From Smithella sp. UBA2180 (GTDB lineage: Bacteria > Desulfobacterota > Syntrophia > Syntrophales > Smithellaceae), in assembly GCA_002327415.1 (NCBI GenBank), contig DCVU01000114.1, positions 1 through 35,199 on the forward strand: DNA of 35,199 nt. The letters run 5' to 3'. The number at the start of each line of letters is the position of its first letter. Position 1 is the stretch's first letter. The notes beneath the pieces were generated by a model, which was not told where the DNA came from, did no database searches, and was given only the letters and a program-made list of their open reading frames with translations. Made by a program: the position numbers and the translations under genes. Shown here in pieces: positions 1 to 8,687 of the stretch.

Positions 1-189
1 CAGAGGCTTTTGCAGGCTTTGGGTGCTTACGGTTTTCTAGGGCTTAAAAAAAATAAACCGGCTTTTCTTAGCCATATCGGCAACGGACTGGAGAATTTAT
101 TGATGGCGGTCGATAACCTGGGTAACTTGGAAAGGCTAAGCGATTTAGCGACTGAATGCGAAACCATCCTTGCCCGTAAAAATTACTAG
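1..189 (+). CDS. 3' end of a CDS entering from the left edge (partial). The tail resembles the C-terminus of APH/AmgK-type phosphotransferases.
   Basis: Frame 1 is open from base 1 to TAG at 187-189 (QRLLQALGAYGFLGLKKNKPAFLSHIGNGLENLLMAVDNLGNLERLSDLATECETILARKNY*). The QR-x-L-x-x-LG-x-x-GF...K-x-x-FL pattern matches what I remember of the C-terminal helices of phosphotransferase-family kinases. The family call is from memory only. Confidence 0.4.
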   Translation, partial: QRLLQALGAYGFLGLKKNKPAFLSHIGNGLENLLMAVDNLGNLERLSDLATECETILARKNY

Positions 190-196
190 AAATCAC

Positions 197-228
197 TTGA
201 CATCCGGTCCGAATATTGTACCATATTC
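197..228 (+). promoter_or_regulatory. Putative promoter plus palindromic operator of the Phd/ParE operon
   Basis: TTGACA lies at 197-202, with TACCAT 17 nt downstream at 220-225. A perfect inverted repeat GAATAT-N6-ATATTC (211-228) overlaps the -10 region, as expected for antitoxin autoregulation. GGAGG at 234-238 sits 8 nt before the ATG at 247. Confidence 0.4.
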
Positions 229-246
229 AAACCGGAGGTAAAAATC

Positions 247-528
247 ATGAATATCATAAACGATATTAAGCCAGTTACATATTTAAAATCGAAAGCCGCG
301 GATTTGCTCAGGCAAATCAATGAAACGCAAAGACCTGTCATTATAACTCAGAATGGAGAACCGCGGGCTGTACTGCAAGATCCTGAAAGTTATGAAAATA
401 TGCGCAATGCCATCGGTATGTTGAAGCTTATTTCACAAGGGGAGGCTGATGTACGAGGTGGCCGGACGAAAGCACAGGAAAAAATGTTTGATGAAATCGA
501 AGCTACGTTAAATAAAAGGTCTAAATGA
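247..528 (+). CDS. Type II antitoxin, Phd/YefM family
   Basis: The 93 aa protein has an N-terminal ...LKSKAADLLRQINETQRPVIITQNGEPRAVLQDPESYENM... core typical of Phd/YefM. It has a good RBS and overlaps the downstream toxin gene by 4 nt (ATGA). Confidence 0.85.
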   Translation: MNIINDIKPVTYLKSKAADLLRQINETQRPVIITQNGEPRAVLQDPESYENMRNAIGMLKLISQGEADVRGGRTKAQEKMFDEIEATLNKRSK

Positions 529-851
529 AACCAAAATATAAGGTTCAAGGGGCGGTTGTCGCTGAAACTGACTTAAAACAGATCATCGATTATCTGGCGG
601 CTGATAGTCCGGGCCATGCTTTACAAATATTCAAGAAGATTCGGCAGAGAGCATCTGGTCTTTATTCTTTTCCTGAACGCGGCAGAATAGTTCCCGAACT
701 GCAAGCACAGGGGATAAATATTTACAGAGAGTTAATTGTCGCGCCCTGGCGAGTCGTCTATCGCATAGCGGAAGGAACCGTTTTTGTCCTATCGGTTATC
801 GATTCACGGCAAAATGTTGAAGATATCCTGCTCAACAGATTGCTAAAATAA
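525..851 (+). CDS. Type II toxin, ParE/RelE superfamily
   Basis: The 108 aa protein shows the typical ParE layout: A..DL..I..Y, FPERGRIVPEL, YRELIVAPWRVVYRI, VFVLSVIDSRQ. It is translationally coupled to the antitoxin. Confidence 0.85.
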   Translation: MKPKYKVQGAVVAETDLKQIIDYLAADSPGHALQIFKKIRQRASGLYSFPERGRIVPELQAQGINIYRELIVAPWRVVYRIAEGTVFVLSVIDSRQNVEDILLNRLLK

Positions 852-873
852 ATCCGGCATTTGGTTTTCGGAC

Positions 874-910
874 ATATCGATAAATGAATATCGATAAATG
901 AATATTGACA
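874..910. repeat. Tandem 14-bp repeat (ATATCGATAAATGA x2 plus a partial third copy)
   Basis: Two exact copies lie at 874-887 and 888-901, followed by the degenerate ATATTGACA. The repeat sits directly after the ParE stop, at the right edge of the TA cassette. Confidence 0.6.
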
Positions 911-945
911 TTTCCGTCTGTAACCGGTAATCAATTAGATTCCTC

Positions 946-1056
946 GGGCTCAAAAAACATAAAACCGGTTTTCTAAGTCACATCGGCAACGGTCTGGTAA
1001 ATTTACTGATTGCAGTCGATAATGGAAACATGACATATAAAGCAAAATTGTTTTGA
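946..1056 (+). pseudogene. Orphaned, diverged duplicate of the 3' end of the CDS at 1-189
   Basis: Bases 946-1029 align with 40-126 at roughly 80 percent identity (GGGCTCAAAAAACATAAAACCGGTTTTCTAAGTCACATCGGCAACGG... versus GGGCTTAAAAAAAATAAACCGGCTTTTCTTAGCCATATCGGCAACGG...). It translates LGLKKHKTGFLSHIGNGLVNLLIAVDNGNMTYKAKLF*, compared with LGLKKNKPAFLSHIGNGLENLLMAVDNLGN... in the intact copy. There is no start codon or upstream coding context. Confidence 0.6.
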
Positions 1057-1078
1057 ATAATTGAGTGTCCCCGGAATT

Positions 1079-1633
1079 TTACTCTACTTTTATATCACCG
1101 CTCTCCACATCAAAGATAATCATTTCAAGCGGTGTTTCCTCGTTATAGCGGTTGTTATAAATAGCTTTTGATCTTGCGCAGCCACCGGTTACAATCATTT
1201 TAACACTTTCGTAAACCTGCTCTGAATATCCATGAAGATGTCCGAAGAAAGCAGATTTGATGTTCTGCCTGTTTTTGTTTAAAGCATCTAAAAAATATTT
1301 TGTTGAACCGTGCGGTAAAGAATAAAATTCCCATTCTCCAAACTTAGGCGGAACATGTGATAGTATAACCGTGTTTTCACGGATACGCTTTTGCAGCATG
1401 AGTTGCTGTATCCAAGAGAACTTTTTGTTTGCTGTGTTAAGACAAATAAAGCGCCACTTGCCAATGTCTATAACTTTAGAACAACTGCCGAAATATCTAT
1501 AAAAATAGATCAATGGCCTGTCATGATTACCCGGCACGGCAATAAATATTGCAGGATATTTTTCAAGGTACTGCAACAGCTGTTTGTATTCTGAGTAGCG
1601 CCCCGTTAACACAAGATCGCCCACAATAAACAA
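1079..1633 (-). CDS. Calcineurin-like metallophosphoesterase, with an unresolved 5' end
   Basis: The motifs GD (FIVGDL), GNHD, SHVPP and GHLHG are present in the canonical order. The only canonical start is TTG at 1633, but homology (KIAILADCGCVSEW...) continues in frame upstream to about 1735. No ATG, GTG or TTG occurs before the stop at 1792-1790. Confidence 0.7.
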   Translation of the reverse strand: MFIVGDLVLTGRYSEYKQLLQYLEKYPAIFIAVPGNHDRPLIYFYRYFGSCSKVIDIGKWRFICLNTANKKFSWIQQLMLQKRIRENTVILSHVPPKFGEWEFYSLPHGSTKYFLDALNKNRQNIKSAFFGHLHGYSEQVYESVKMIVTGGCARSKAIYNNRYNEETPLEMIIFDVESGDIKVE

Positions 1634-2217
1634 CAGTTCAGGTTTATGCTTATGCCATATTTTATCGAGAAAAGCCGGGAATGTGTTTTCCCATTCGCTG
1701 ACGCAACCGCAGTCTGCAAGAATAGCTATTTTGCTTATTCCTTCCAGCTTTGAATAACGTGATTTAATAATTTTAAATTTGTTTTTAATTATATTTATAA
1801 GAGCATCCTTGTTGTGAAATGAATATAGAAAACTAAAGCTTGTGTGTCAAGAGGATTTCGGGCACAAGATATAGGGTATGAACGCAATGAGCGGTTTGGG
1901 GATGTGTCGATGGAGTCTGCCTTGTAAACCTTCCGACCAGCGCAGCTGCCTGTGACGACCGTTTACATCGGAAGATAAATCTATTCGTCGCGTTCTGTTT
2001 GAATATGCGTAATGACGTCAAGATTGAACATGATCATCCCGTGAGTATTTGGAACGGCGTAGATGTTGACATGAGGATGAAGAGCGTAAGAATCTGAGGT
2101 TTTGGATTCGGATAATGAGTTTTCAATTCGTTTTATGTTCCCATAAAGCCATTGCGCTCATCATGGCTATATGTTAAGCAATTCGTCAACATTCACCATC
2201 CGGAGAGATTTTGAAAA

Positions 2218-4794
2218 ATGAAGTATGAACCACTAGTTATTGAAGAAAAATGGCAAAAAAAATGGAAGGCGGAGAAATCCTTCAAGGTTACCGAAGACCC
2301 GCGGAAGAAAAAATATTATCTGCTGGAGATGTTCCCTTATCCTTCCGGCAAAATTCATATCGGCCATGTGCGTAATTACACCATCGGCGATGTAGTCGCC
2401 CGTTATAAGCGCATGAAGGGTTTCAATGTTCTGCACCCGATCGGTTGGGATTCCTTCGGCATGCCTGCGGAAAATGCGGCCATCGAGCATCAGATTCATC
2501 CCGCGAAATGGACCAACGAAAATATCGAGCACATGAAAAAACAGCTCAAGCGTATGGGCTTCAGCTATGACTGGGACCGGGAAGTTTCCACCTGCGAGCC
2601 GAAATACTACCGCTGGGAACAACTCTTCTTCATCTGGATGTACGAAAAAGGTCTGGCCTACAAGAAACGCTCCACCGTTAATTTCTGCACCAAATGCGAC
2701 ACGGTTCTGGCCAACGAACAGGTGGAAGGCGGCCAATGCTGGCGCTGCGGTACGGAAGTGCAGGAGAAAGTACTTGATCAGTGGTTTTTCAAAATCACTG
2801 CATACATCGAAGAACTTCTTGAGTATTGCGACAAACTGCCCGGCTGGCCGGAACGCGTCATGACGATGCAAAAAAACTGGATCGGGAAGAGCTACGGCTG
2901 TGAAGTTGATTTTCCGATGGCCGACGGAAACGGTGCCATCAAGGTATTCACCACGCGTCAGGACACGCTCTTCGGCGCGACATTCATGCTGGTGGCCGCG
3001 GAGCATCCGCTGGTTACGGAACTGACCAAAGGCAAAGCCATTGAGAAAAACGTTCAGGCGTTTGTTGAGAAAGTCAAAAAGCAGGACAAGTTGATGCGGA
3101 CTTCCGAGTATTACGAAAAGGAAGGCCTCTTTCTGGATTCCTACTGTCTCAATCCTCTCACCGGTTGGAAAATGCCGATCTTTGCGGCCAATTTTGTTCT
3201 GGCTGATTACGGCACCGGCTGCGTCATGGCCGTGCCGACGCACGATCAGCGCGATTTCGAATTTGCCAAAAAATTCAATCTGCCGCTGATAGTGGTCATT
3301 TCTCCGAAAGACAGAACGCTTGATCCGGTAACGATGACGGAAGCTTACGTGGATGAAGGAATTCTTGTCAACTCCGGTCAGTTCAACGGCATGGAAAACA
3401 CCAGGGTTCTGGAAGCCATCGCCGATTTTCTGGAAAAAGAAGGGAAGGGCAAACGCACCATTCAGTACCGTCTGCGCGATTGGGGTATCTCCCGCCAGCG
3501 ATACTGGGGCGCGCCGATTCCGATGATTAACTGCGCTACATGCGGCATCGTTCCTGTTGATGAAAAAGATCTGCCTGTCATACTGCCGGAAAATGTTAAA
3601 TTAAGCACCGAAGGCGGTTCACCTCTTGCGGCTCTGAAAGAATTCGTGGATACAACCTGCCCGAAGTGTGGTGGCAAGGCCGCTCGCGAGACGGACACGA
3701 TGGATACATTTGTAGAATCATCATGGTATTTCGATCGCTTCTGCTGTCCGGATTGCGACACCAAGCCCGGCCTTGACCGCAAGAAGCTCGATTACTGGAT
3801 GCCGGTTGATCAGTACATCGGCGGCATTGAACACGCCATTTTGCATCTGCTCTATTCGCGCTTTTACACTAAAGTCCTGCGCGATTTCGGCGTGATCGGC
3901 GTAGACGAGCCTTTTACCAATCTGCTGACGCAGGGCATGGTCTGCAAAGAAACGATGAAGTGCAAAGAGCACGGTTATCTTTACCCGGAGCAGGCGGCGG
4001 ATGACAAATGCCACATCTGCGGACAGGAAATAATTATCGGCAAGACCGAAAAAATGTCCAAGTCATTGAAGAACGTTATCGACCCTGACTATCTGATAAA
4101 AACATACGGCGCCGATACGGCGCGAATATTTTGTCTGTTTGCGGCGCCGCCGGAGAAGGATCTGGAATGGAGCGATCAAGGTGTGGAAGGCTCTTTCCGC
4201 TTTCTCAGTCGTCTGTGGCGCATCGTTGAAGAATATCTTGAAGACATAAAGAATGTTGAGCCTCTGTCCGGTGCTGTTGAACTGGAAGGTGAGTTAAAGG
4301 CGTTACGGCGCAAAACCCACCAGACTATCCGTAAAGTGACCGTTGATATCGAAGACCGTTTTCATTTCAACACGGCCATCAGCGCGGTAATGGAATTAGT
4401 AAATGCTGTCTATCAAACTAAACGTCCCGGCAGCGATGATAAAGTGGCGCTGTCTACCGTGAGAGAAGCGCTGGAGGCCGCCATCATTTTGCTGGTGCCG
4501 ATTGTGCCGCACATCACGGAAGAACTCTGGCAGTTGCTTGGTCATAAATATCTGGCTGCCAATGTTGTGTGGCCGGAATTTGATCCGGCGATTGCCAGTG
4601 AAGAAGAGATGACAATCGTCGTGCAGATTAACGGTAAACTGCGCAGCAGAATGACTGTGGCGGTGGATGAGGACCCGGAGAAAATCAAGGCAAACGCGCT
4701 GGCTGATGAAAAAATCAAGGCCATGACCGAGGGGACACAAATAAAGAAGGTTATTTACGTGCCGAAAAAACTGGTCAATATTGTTGTTGCATAG
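2218..4794 (+). CDS. leuS: Leucine--tRNA ligase
   Basis: The 858 aa protein carries the class I HIGH motif ([15 protein letters not shown]) and KMSKS (EKMSKSLKN). It also has the CP1 editing region ([12 protein letters not shown]) and the zinc-knuckle cysteines. Confidence 0.97.
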   Translation: MKYEPLVIEEKWQKKWKAEKSFKVTEDPRKKKYYLLEMFPYPSGKIHIGHVRNYTIGDVVARYKRMKGFNVLHPIGWDSFGMPAENAAIEHQIHPAKWTNENIEHMKKQLKRMGFSYDWDREVSTCEPKYYRWEQLFFIWMYEKGLAYKKRSTVNFCTKCDTVLANEQVEGGQCWRCGTEVQEKVLDQWFFKITAYIEELLEYCDKLPGWPERVMTMQKNWIGKSYGCEVDFPMADGNGAIKVFTTRQDTLFGATFMLVAAEHPLVTELTKGKAIEKNVQAFVEKVKKQDKLMRTSEYYEKEGLFLDSYCLNPLTGWKMPIFAANFVLADYGTGCVMAVPTHDQRDFEFAKKFNLPLIVVISPKDRTLDPVTMTEAYVDEGILVNSGQFNGMENTRVLEAIADFLEKEGKGKRTIQYRLRDWGISRQRYWGAPIPMINCATCGIVPVDEKDLPVILPENVKLSTEGGSPLAALKEFVDTTCPKCGGKAARETDTMDTFVESSWYFDRFCCPDCDTKPGLDRKKLDYWMPVDQYIGGIEHAILHLLYSRFYTKVLRDFGVIGVDEPFTNLLTQGMVCKETMKCKEHGYLYPEQAADDKCHICGQEIIIGKTEKMSKSLKNVIDPDYLIKTYGADTARIFCLFAAPPEKDLEWSDQGVEGSFRFLSRLWRIVEEYLEDIKNVEPLSGAVELEGELKALRRKTHQTIRKVTVDIEDRFHFNTAISAVMELVNAVYQTKRPGSDDKVALSTVREALEAAIILLVPIVPHITEELWQLLGHKYLAANVVWPEFDPAIASEEEMTIVVQINGKLRSRMTVAVDEDPEKIKANALADEKIKAMTEGTQIKKVIYVPKKLVNIVVA

Positions 4795-4834
4795 TAATAA
4801 AATAATGGTGAGGCCTTTGCATTATTATCGATTT

Positions 4835-4949
4835 GTCATTTCGACCGAAGGCGAAAGCCCGGCGTATGCTCGGGGAGAAATCTTATAAGGTAATGACATA
4901 AAATAAAGATTTCTCGTCGTTCCGGCCAGTCGGAACTCCTCGAAATAAC
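4835..4949. repeat. Inverted pair of REP-like units in the leuS-lptE spacer
   Basis: GTCATTTCGA...GAGAAATCT (4835-4883) faces AGATTTCTCG...TCGAAATAAC (4907-4949). The left unit contains GCGAAAGC at 4851-4858. Confidence 0.5.
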
Positions 4950-4987
4950 ATGAAGTACAGTTTTACTAAGATACAAGCGGTGTTATT

Positions 4988-5524
4988 ATGATAAAAAGGA
5001 AAAATCATTTGAAAATTAAAATCGCATTTGTTTGTTTTTTGTCTGCTTGCCTGTTCGGATGCGGATATTCATTTACATCACGTGGAGAGTCAATCGATAA
5101 CCGTATTCAAAAAGTTTACGTGGAATCGTTTGACAATAAAACTTCACAGGCGGAAATAGAAAATTTTTTCCGGACAGCTTTTATTAATCAGTTTATTCAA
5201 AACAGCCGTTTTAGAATCGTATCCAGCAGGGAGGACGCGGACGCAGTAGTAAGAGGCAGGATTCTTAATCTTAATACATCACCGCTTTCATATATCAAAA
5301 ATGGTCTGGCAGCCGAAGAACGGGCGGCAGTTATCATCGAAGTTGTTTTTCAGGATAATTCCAACGGCAAAGTAATCTGGAGCGCGAAGAACATGACACA
5401 ATCGGTTGATTATAAGATCAACGATGATATTAATCTGCTTCCCGCGACCAGAAAACAAGCGCTGATGAAACTGGCCAACGACATGGCGGAAAAAGCCTTT
5501 AACCTGATGATGTCCGGGTTCTGA
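4988..5524 (+). CDS. lptE: LPS-assembly lipoprotein LptE (RlpB-like)
   Basis: The 178 aa protein has a signal peptide with a lipobox (LSACLFGC|GY). Its size and its position directly after leuS match the conserved leuS-lptE synteny. The sequence family itself is weakly conserved. Confidence 0.65.
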   Translation: MIKRKNHLKIKIAFVCFLSACLFGCGYSFTSRGESIDNRIQKVYVESFDNKTSQAEIENFFRTAFINQFIQNSRFRIVSSREDADAVVRGRILNLNTSPLSYIKNGLAAEERAAVIIEVVFQDNSNGKVIWSAKNMTQSVDYKINDDINLLPATRKQALMKLANDMAEKAFNLMMSGF

Positions 5525-5660
5525 TTTTATCGAGATGTCGAAGATGCCGTCGTAATAAAAAGAATTGTAGTCATACCGGTCCCGCATACGCGGGATTGCA
5601 CTCCGGTCGGCAGATGTCGTTTTGATGAAATATGGACAAACAATAATGAAAAAATACTGG

Positions 5661-5713
5661 ATTCCGTATCGCGCTTCGCTGGCATTTATCCGGCGTATGC
5701 AGGACGGAATGAC
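5661..5713. repeat. REP-like hairpin with a GCGAAGCGC core (minus-strand orientation)
   Basis: The arms ATTCCGT (5661-5667) and ACGGAAT (5704-5710) flank GCGCTTCGC at 5671-5679. The element ends in the GTCATT-type terminus seen at 4835. Confidence 0.5.
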
Positions 5714-5724
5714 AAAAGTGGTTT

Positions 5725-8127
5725 ATGACCCCTTTAGTTCGAAAATTCGGCCGATTCCTGCTTCTGGCAGTCAAGGATGAAAAAGAGGCACTAGACTTCT
5801 TTTTTTTCAAAAAACGTACCGTTCAAGAAATAAAGAACATTTCTTCATATCTGAGAAAATTATCAGGCAAATATTTGCTGGTAATGGATGCCGACAAGAG
5901 GATTATTATTGATAAATTGTCTTTGCGCGAATTCATTGGCGCCGCCGAAACAAATCAAGCCGGCATGATTTATTCAGATTTGATTTTACGTGACGGGAAT
6001 AAGCTGATTGAGCATCCCCTTATAGATTATCAGGCGGGCAGTATCCGCGACGATTTTAATTTCGGACATCTTTTTTTATTTTCTTGTGCGGCAATCAAAT
6101 CAAGTCTGCAGAAATACGGTTCTCTGCCTTCTGAAGGGGATACGGCTTTATACGACTTGCGCCTGAAAGTTTCCATTGACCATAAAATAATTCATGTTGC
6201 GGAATTTTTGTACATTGTATCCGCAGAGAATAAACAAAAGATAAGCAAACCCGGCGGGAAAGAGGAAGCGCATTTTGCTTACGTTGCTAAAGAAAATTTG
6301 ATTCGTCAAAAAAAGCTCGAAAAGATAGCAACAGATCACCTGAAGCGCATCGGAGCATATCTGCCTCCACGTACAAAAAGCGTGAATAAAGAACAGCATG
6401 ACTTGCAGTGGAACGCCAGCATCGTCATCCCCGTGCTCAATCGTAAAAAGACGATTGCCGCCGCGCTGACCAGTGCCCTGGAACAAAAAACCGATTTTCC
6501 ATTCAATATTATCGTAGTAGACAATCATTCCACGGACGGCACCACGGATATTCTGAAGAAATTGGCCGCTAGATATCCCCACGTCCATCATCTTATTCCG
6601 GTACGGCGCGATCTCGGCATCGGCGGCTGCTGGAATGAAGCAATCTATTCGCCGTACTGCGGACGTTACGTTATTCAACTCGATTCCGACGATCTTTACA
6701 GCTCGCCCCAAACGCTGCAAAAAATTGTGAATACTCTGCGCCGAGGGCTATACGCAATGGTTGTCGGCTCTTACACTATTGTTAATGAGAACCTTGAAAA
6801 GATTCCACCGGGTCTTATTAACCACAAAGAATGGACGCAGGCTAATGGACATAATAATCTATTGCGTGTCAACGGCATGGGTGCTCCCCGGGCATTTGAT
6901 TTATCCACCATCCGCCGGGTTGGCTTCCCCAATGTCAGTTACGGCGAGGATTACGCTGTAGCTTTGAGAATTACCCGTGAATATAAAGTCGGCAGAATAT
7001 ACGAAAATTTGTACTGGTGCCGCCGCTGGAAGGGTAACACGGATGCCGGACTTTCCATTGAAAAGAAAAACCGCAACGATTTTTATAAGGATACGCTGCG
7101 TACCACGGAAATTGGGGCCAGAAAATCAGCCGGTAAAGAAGAACCTTTTTTCAACAAGGAAAGAATTTTTGCCGAATTTGATGGAGGAAAAGATTTATCG
7201 TTGACCTTGCTTTGCCAAAGCCTTTATGATTCGCAAAAGAAAAGCTGGCCACGACTTGCCGATGCCTGCCGTGACTTAAATGCCGTTAATAATAGAAAGT
7301 TATCAGGGAAATATAAAGCTTATCTGCAATACAATTCCGCCCGCGCTATAAGCAGCGGAGCCGCGGTTGATGCAGAGTCAATTAAGAAAAGACCTTGCTT
7401 TTTATGTCATGAAAATCTTCCAGTGGAACAGAAAGGAATTCTATACAGAAACCAATATTTAATTCTTTGTAATCCGGCGCCGATTTTTAAAAATCATTTT
7501 ACAATAGTTGCACTACGGCATGATCCGCAGGAAATTGCTACATCGATAAATGGTCTTTTAGATTTAGGCGCCGATTTATCCGGTTATGCTGTTTTTTATA
7601 ACGGGCCGGCCTGCGGCGCTTCCGCTCCCGATCATCTGCATTTTCAGGCGATTCCGAAAAACAGCCTTCCTTTTTTCCTGGAATTTAAAAAGCTGTTGCC
7701 TGTTAAAAATAAGCTTTCTGTTCGATACAGCCGGTGGAAAGATTTTGATCGTTCTGTTATTTTGCTGGAGTCGCAAAGCACTGATGAGTTAACAAAACAA
7801 TTTCTTGATTTGTATAGAGTGATGCAAAGGATACTTAAGACAAATAAAGAACCATTGGTTAATGTCCTTTGCGATTATTCAGGTAATCGCTGGCAGTTGG
7901 CTGTCTTCCTGCGTCAGAAACACCGTCCGAATGCCTATTTTGCGAAAGGCAAAGATAGAATATTTATTTCTCCTGGCGCCGTTGATATGGCAGGATTTGT
8001 AATCACGCCGCTTCTGGATAATTACAATCATCTGGATTATAATGCCATTCGCGAAATTTACCGGGAAGTATCACTACCGGAGAATGTGATGAATTCAATA
8101 ATTAAAGAAATTGTAAAGGGAAATTGA
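5725..8127 (+). CDS. Multidomain protein: N-terminal unknown or degenerate region, family-2 glycosyltransferase, and a C-terminal HIT/GalT-like nucleotidyl-transferase/phosphorylase domain (DUF4922-like)
   Basis: The GT2 core is [14 protein letters not shown]...[12 protein letters not shown]...QLDSDD...GEDY. The C-terminal part is CFLC...[17 protein letters not shown]...APDHLHFQA, with the H-x-H-x-Q motif at nt 7633-7647. The start at 5725 is uncertain because of a weak RBS and a repeat immediately upstream. Confidence 0.7.
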   Translation: MTPLVRKFGRFLLLAVKDEKEALDFFFFKKRTVQEIKNISSYLRKLSGKYLLVMDADKRIIIDKLSLREFIGAAETNQAGMIYSDLILRDGNKLIEHPLIDYQAGSIRDDFNFGHLFLFSCAAIKSSLQKYGSLPSEGDTALYDLRLKVSIDHKIIHVAEFLYIVSAENKQKISKPGGKEEAHFAYVAKENLIRQKKLEKIATDHLKRIGAYLPPRTKSVNKEQHDLQWNASIVIPVLNRKKTIAAALTSALEQKTDFPFNIIVVDNHSTDGTTDILKKLAARYPHVHHLIPVRRDLGIGGCWNEAIYSPYCGRYVIQLDSDDLYSSPQTLQKIVNTLRRGLYAMVVGSYTIVNENLEKIPPGLINHKEWTQANGHNNLLRVNGMGAPRAFDLSTIRRVGFPNVSYGEDYAVALRITREYKVGRIYENLYWCRRWKGNTDAGLSIEKKNRNDFYKDTLRTTEIGARKSAGKEEPFFNKERIFAEFDGGKDLSLTLLCQSLYDSQKKSWPRLADACRDLNAVNNRKLSGKYKAYLQYNSARAISSGAAVDAESIKKRPCFLCHENLPVEQKGILYRNQYLILCNPAPIFKNHFTIVALRHDPQEIATSINGLLDLGADLSGYAVFYNGPACGASAPDHLHFQAIPKNSLPFFLEFKKLLPVKNKLSVRYSRWKDFDRSVILLESQSTDELTKQFLDLYRVMQRILKTNKEPLVNVLCDYSGNRWQLAVFLRQKHRPNAYFAKGKDRIFISPGAVDMAGFVITPLLDNYNHLDYNAIREIYREVSLPENVMNSIIKEIVKGN

Positions 8128-8129
8128 AA

Positions 8130-8684
8130 ATGTTTTTTACCGAAGATATAATTGTAGACAGTTCGATGAGTTTTTCCGAAGCGATAGAAGGAATAAATGC
8201 GCCACTGGAGATAATCGATCTCTTATCAATGATAGATGTCTGCTACTATTCTTTTGACGGCAGAAAGCATCAGGGACAAATTATCGTCAACCGGGAACTG
8301 GAAGATGATGTTTATGACCTATTTAACCTTATTGAAAAGATTTTATTTCCTGTGGGAAAAGTTGTCCCCATCGTCGCTTATCAATGGAATGATCATAATT
8401 CCATGGCGGATAATAATTCTTCATCTTTCAATTTCAGGGTTATTGAAGGAACAACAAAATTATCCATGCACTCGCTGGGGAAAGCTCTCGATATAAATCC
8501 GGTGCAGAACCCGGTTGTTTATCCCAACGGCGTGGTTGCGCCGGCAGGTGCTAAGTATCTGCCGGAAGACAGAGGAACCTTCACGGCAGACAATCCCATT
8601 GTTCAAGAATTTCTCAGGCGCGGCTGGCACTGGGGCGGGAATTTTGAGCAGCCCAAAGACTATCATCATTTTGAGAAGCCATGA
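8130..8684 (+). CDS. M15-family (VanY / D-Ala-D-Ala carboxypeptidase-like) zinc peptidase
   Basis: The motifs SMHSLGKALDI (H-x6-D) and RRGWHWGGNFEQPKDYHHFE (the WGG...D-x-HHFE tail) are typical of Peptidase_M15. The ATG at 8130 lies 2 nt after the upstream stop. The ORF track starts at an alternative TTG at 8124. Confidence 0.75.
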   Translation: MFFTEDIIVDSSMSFSEAIEGINAPLEIIDLLSMIDVCYYSFDGRKHQGQIIVNRELEDDVYDLFNLIEKILFPVGKVVPIVAYQWNDHNSMADNNSSSFNFRVIEGTTKLSMHSLGKALDINPVQNPVVYPNGVVAPAGAKYLPEDRGTFTADNPIVQEFLRRGWHWGGNFEQPKDYHHFEKP

Positions 8685-8687
8685 GAA

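Noticed and set aside
1925-1975. Possible SRP (4.5S) RNA: the minus strand reads GCUGGUCGGAAGGUUUACAAGGCAGA, reminiscent of GGUCCGGAAGGAAGCAGCCAAGGCAGA
   Set aside because: The conserved AGCAGC symmetric-loop strand is missing, and the flanks do not form the helix-8 hairpin around a GGAA tetraloop. The match is insufficient to call.
1833-2021. 62 aa minus-strand ORF upstream of leuS
   Set aside because: It has no RBS and an implausible Arg/Thr/His-rich composition, and it lies in a structured GC-rich patch. I treat it as non-coding. The region is reported as a possible RNA or relic instead.
2233-3243. 336 aa antisense ORF inside leuS, with similar shadow ORFs at 10854-11764, 13169-13963, 15122-16206, 24764-25210, 28652-29092 and 31278-32607
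   Set aside because: These are shadow frames opposite well-supported conserved genes. They have low-complexity, Arg/Phe-rich compositions and no independent signals.
5571-5810. 79 aa minus-strand ORF overlapping the GT2-fusion start
   Set aside because: It spans the REP-like element at 5661-5713 and the 5' end of the opposite-strand gene. It has low-complexity Lys/Ser/Arg composition.
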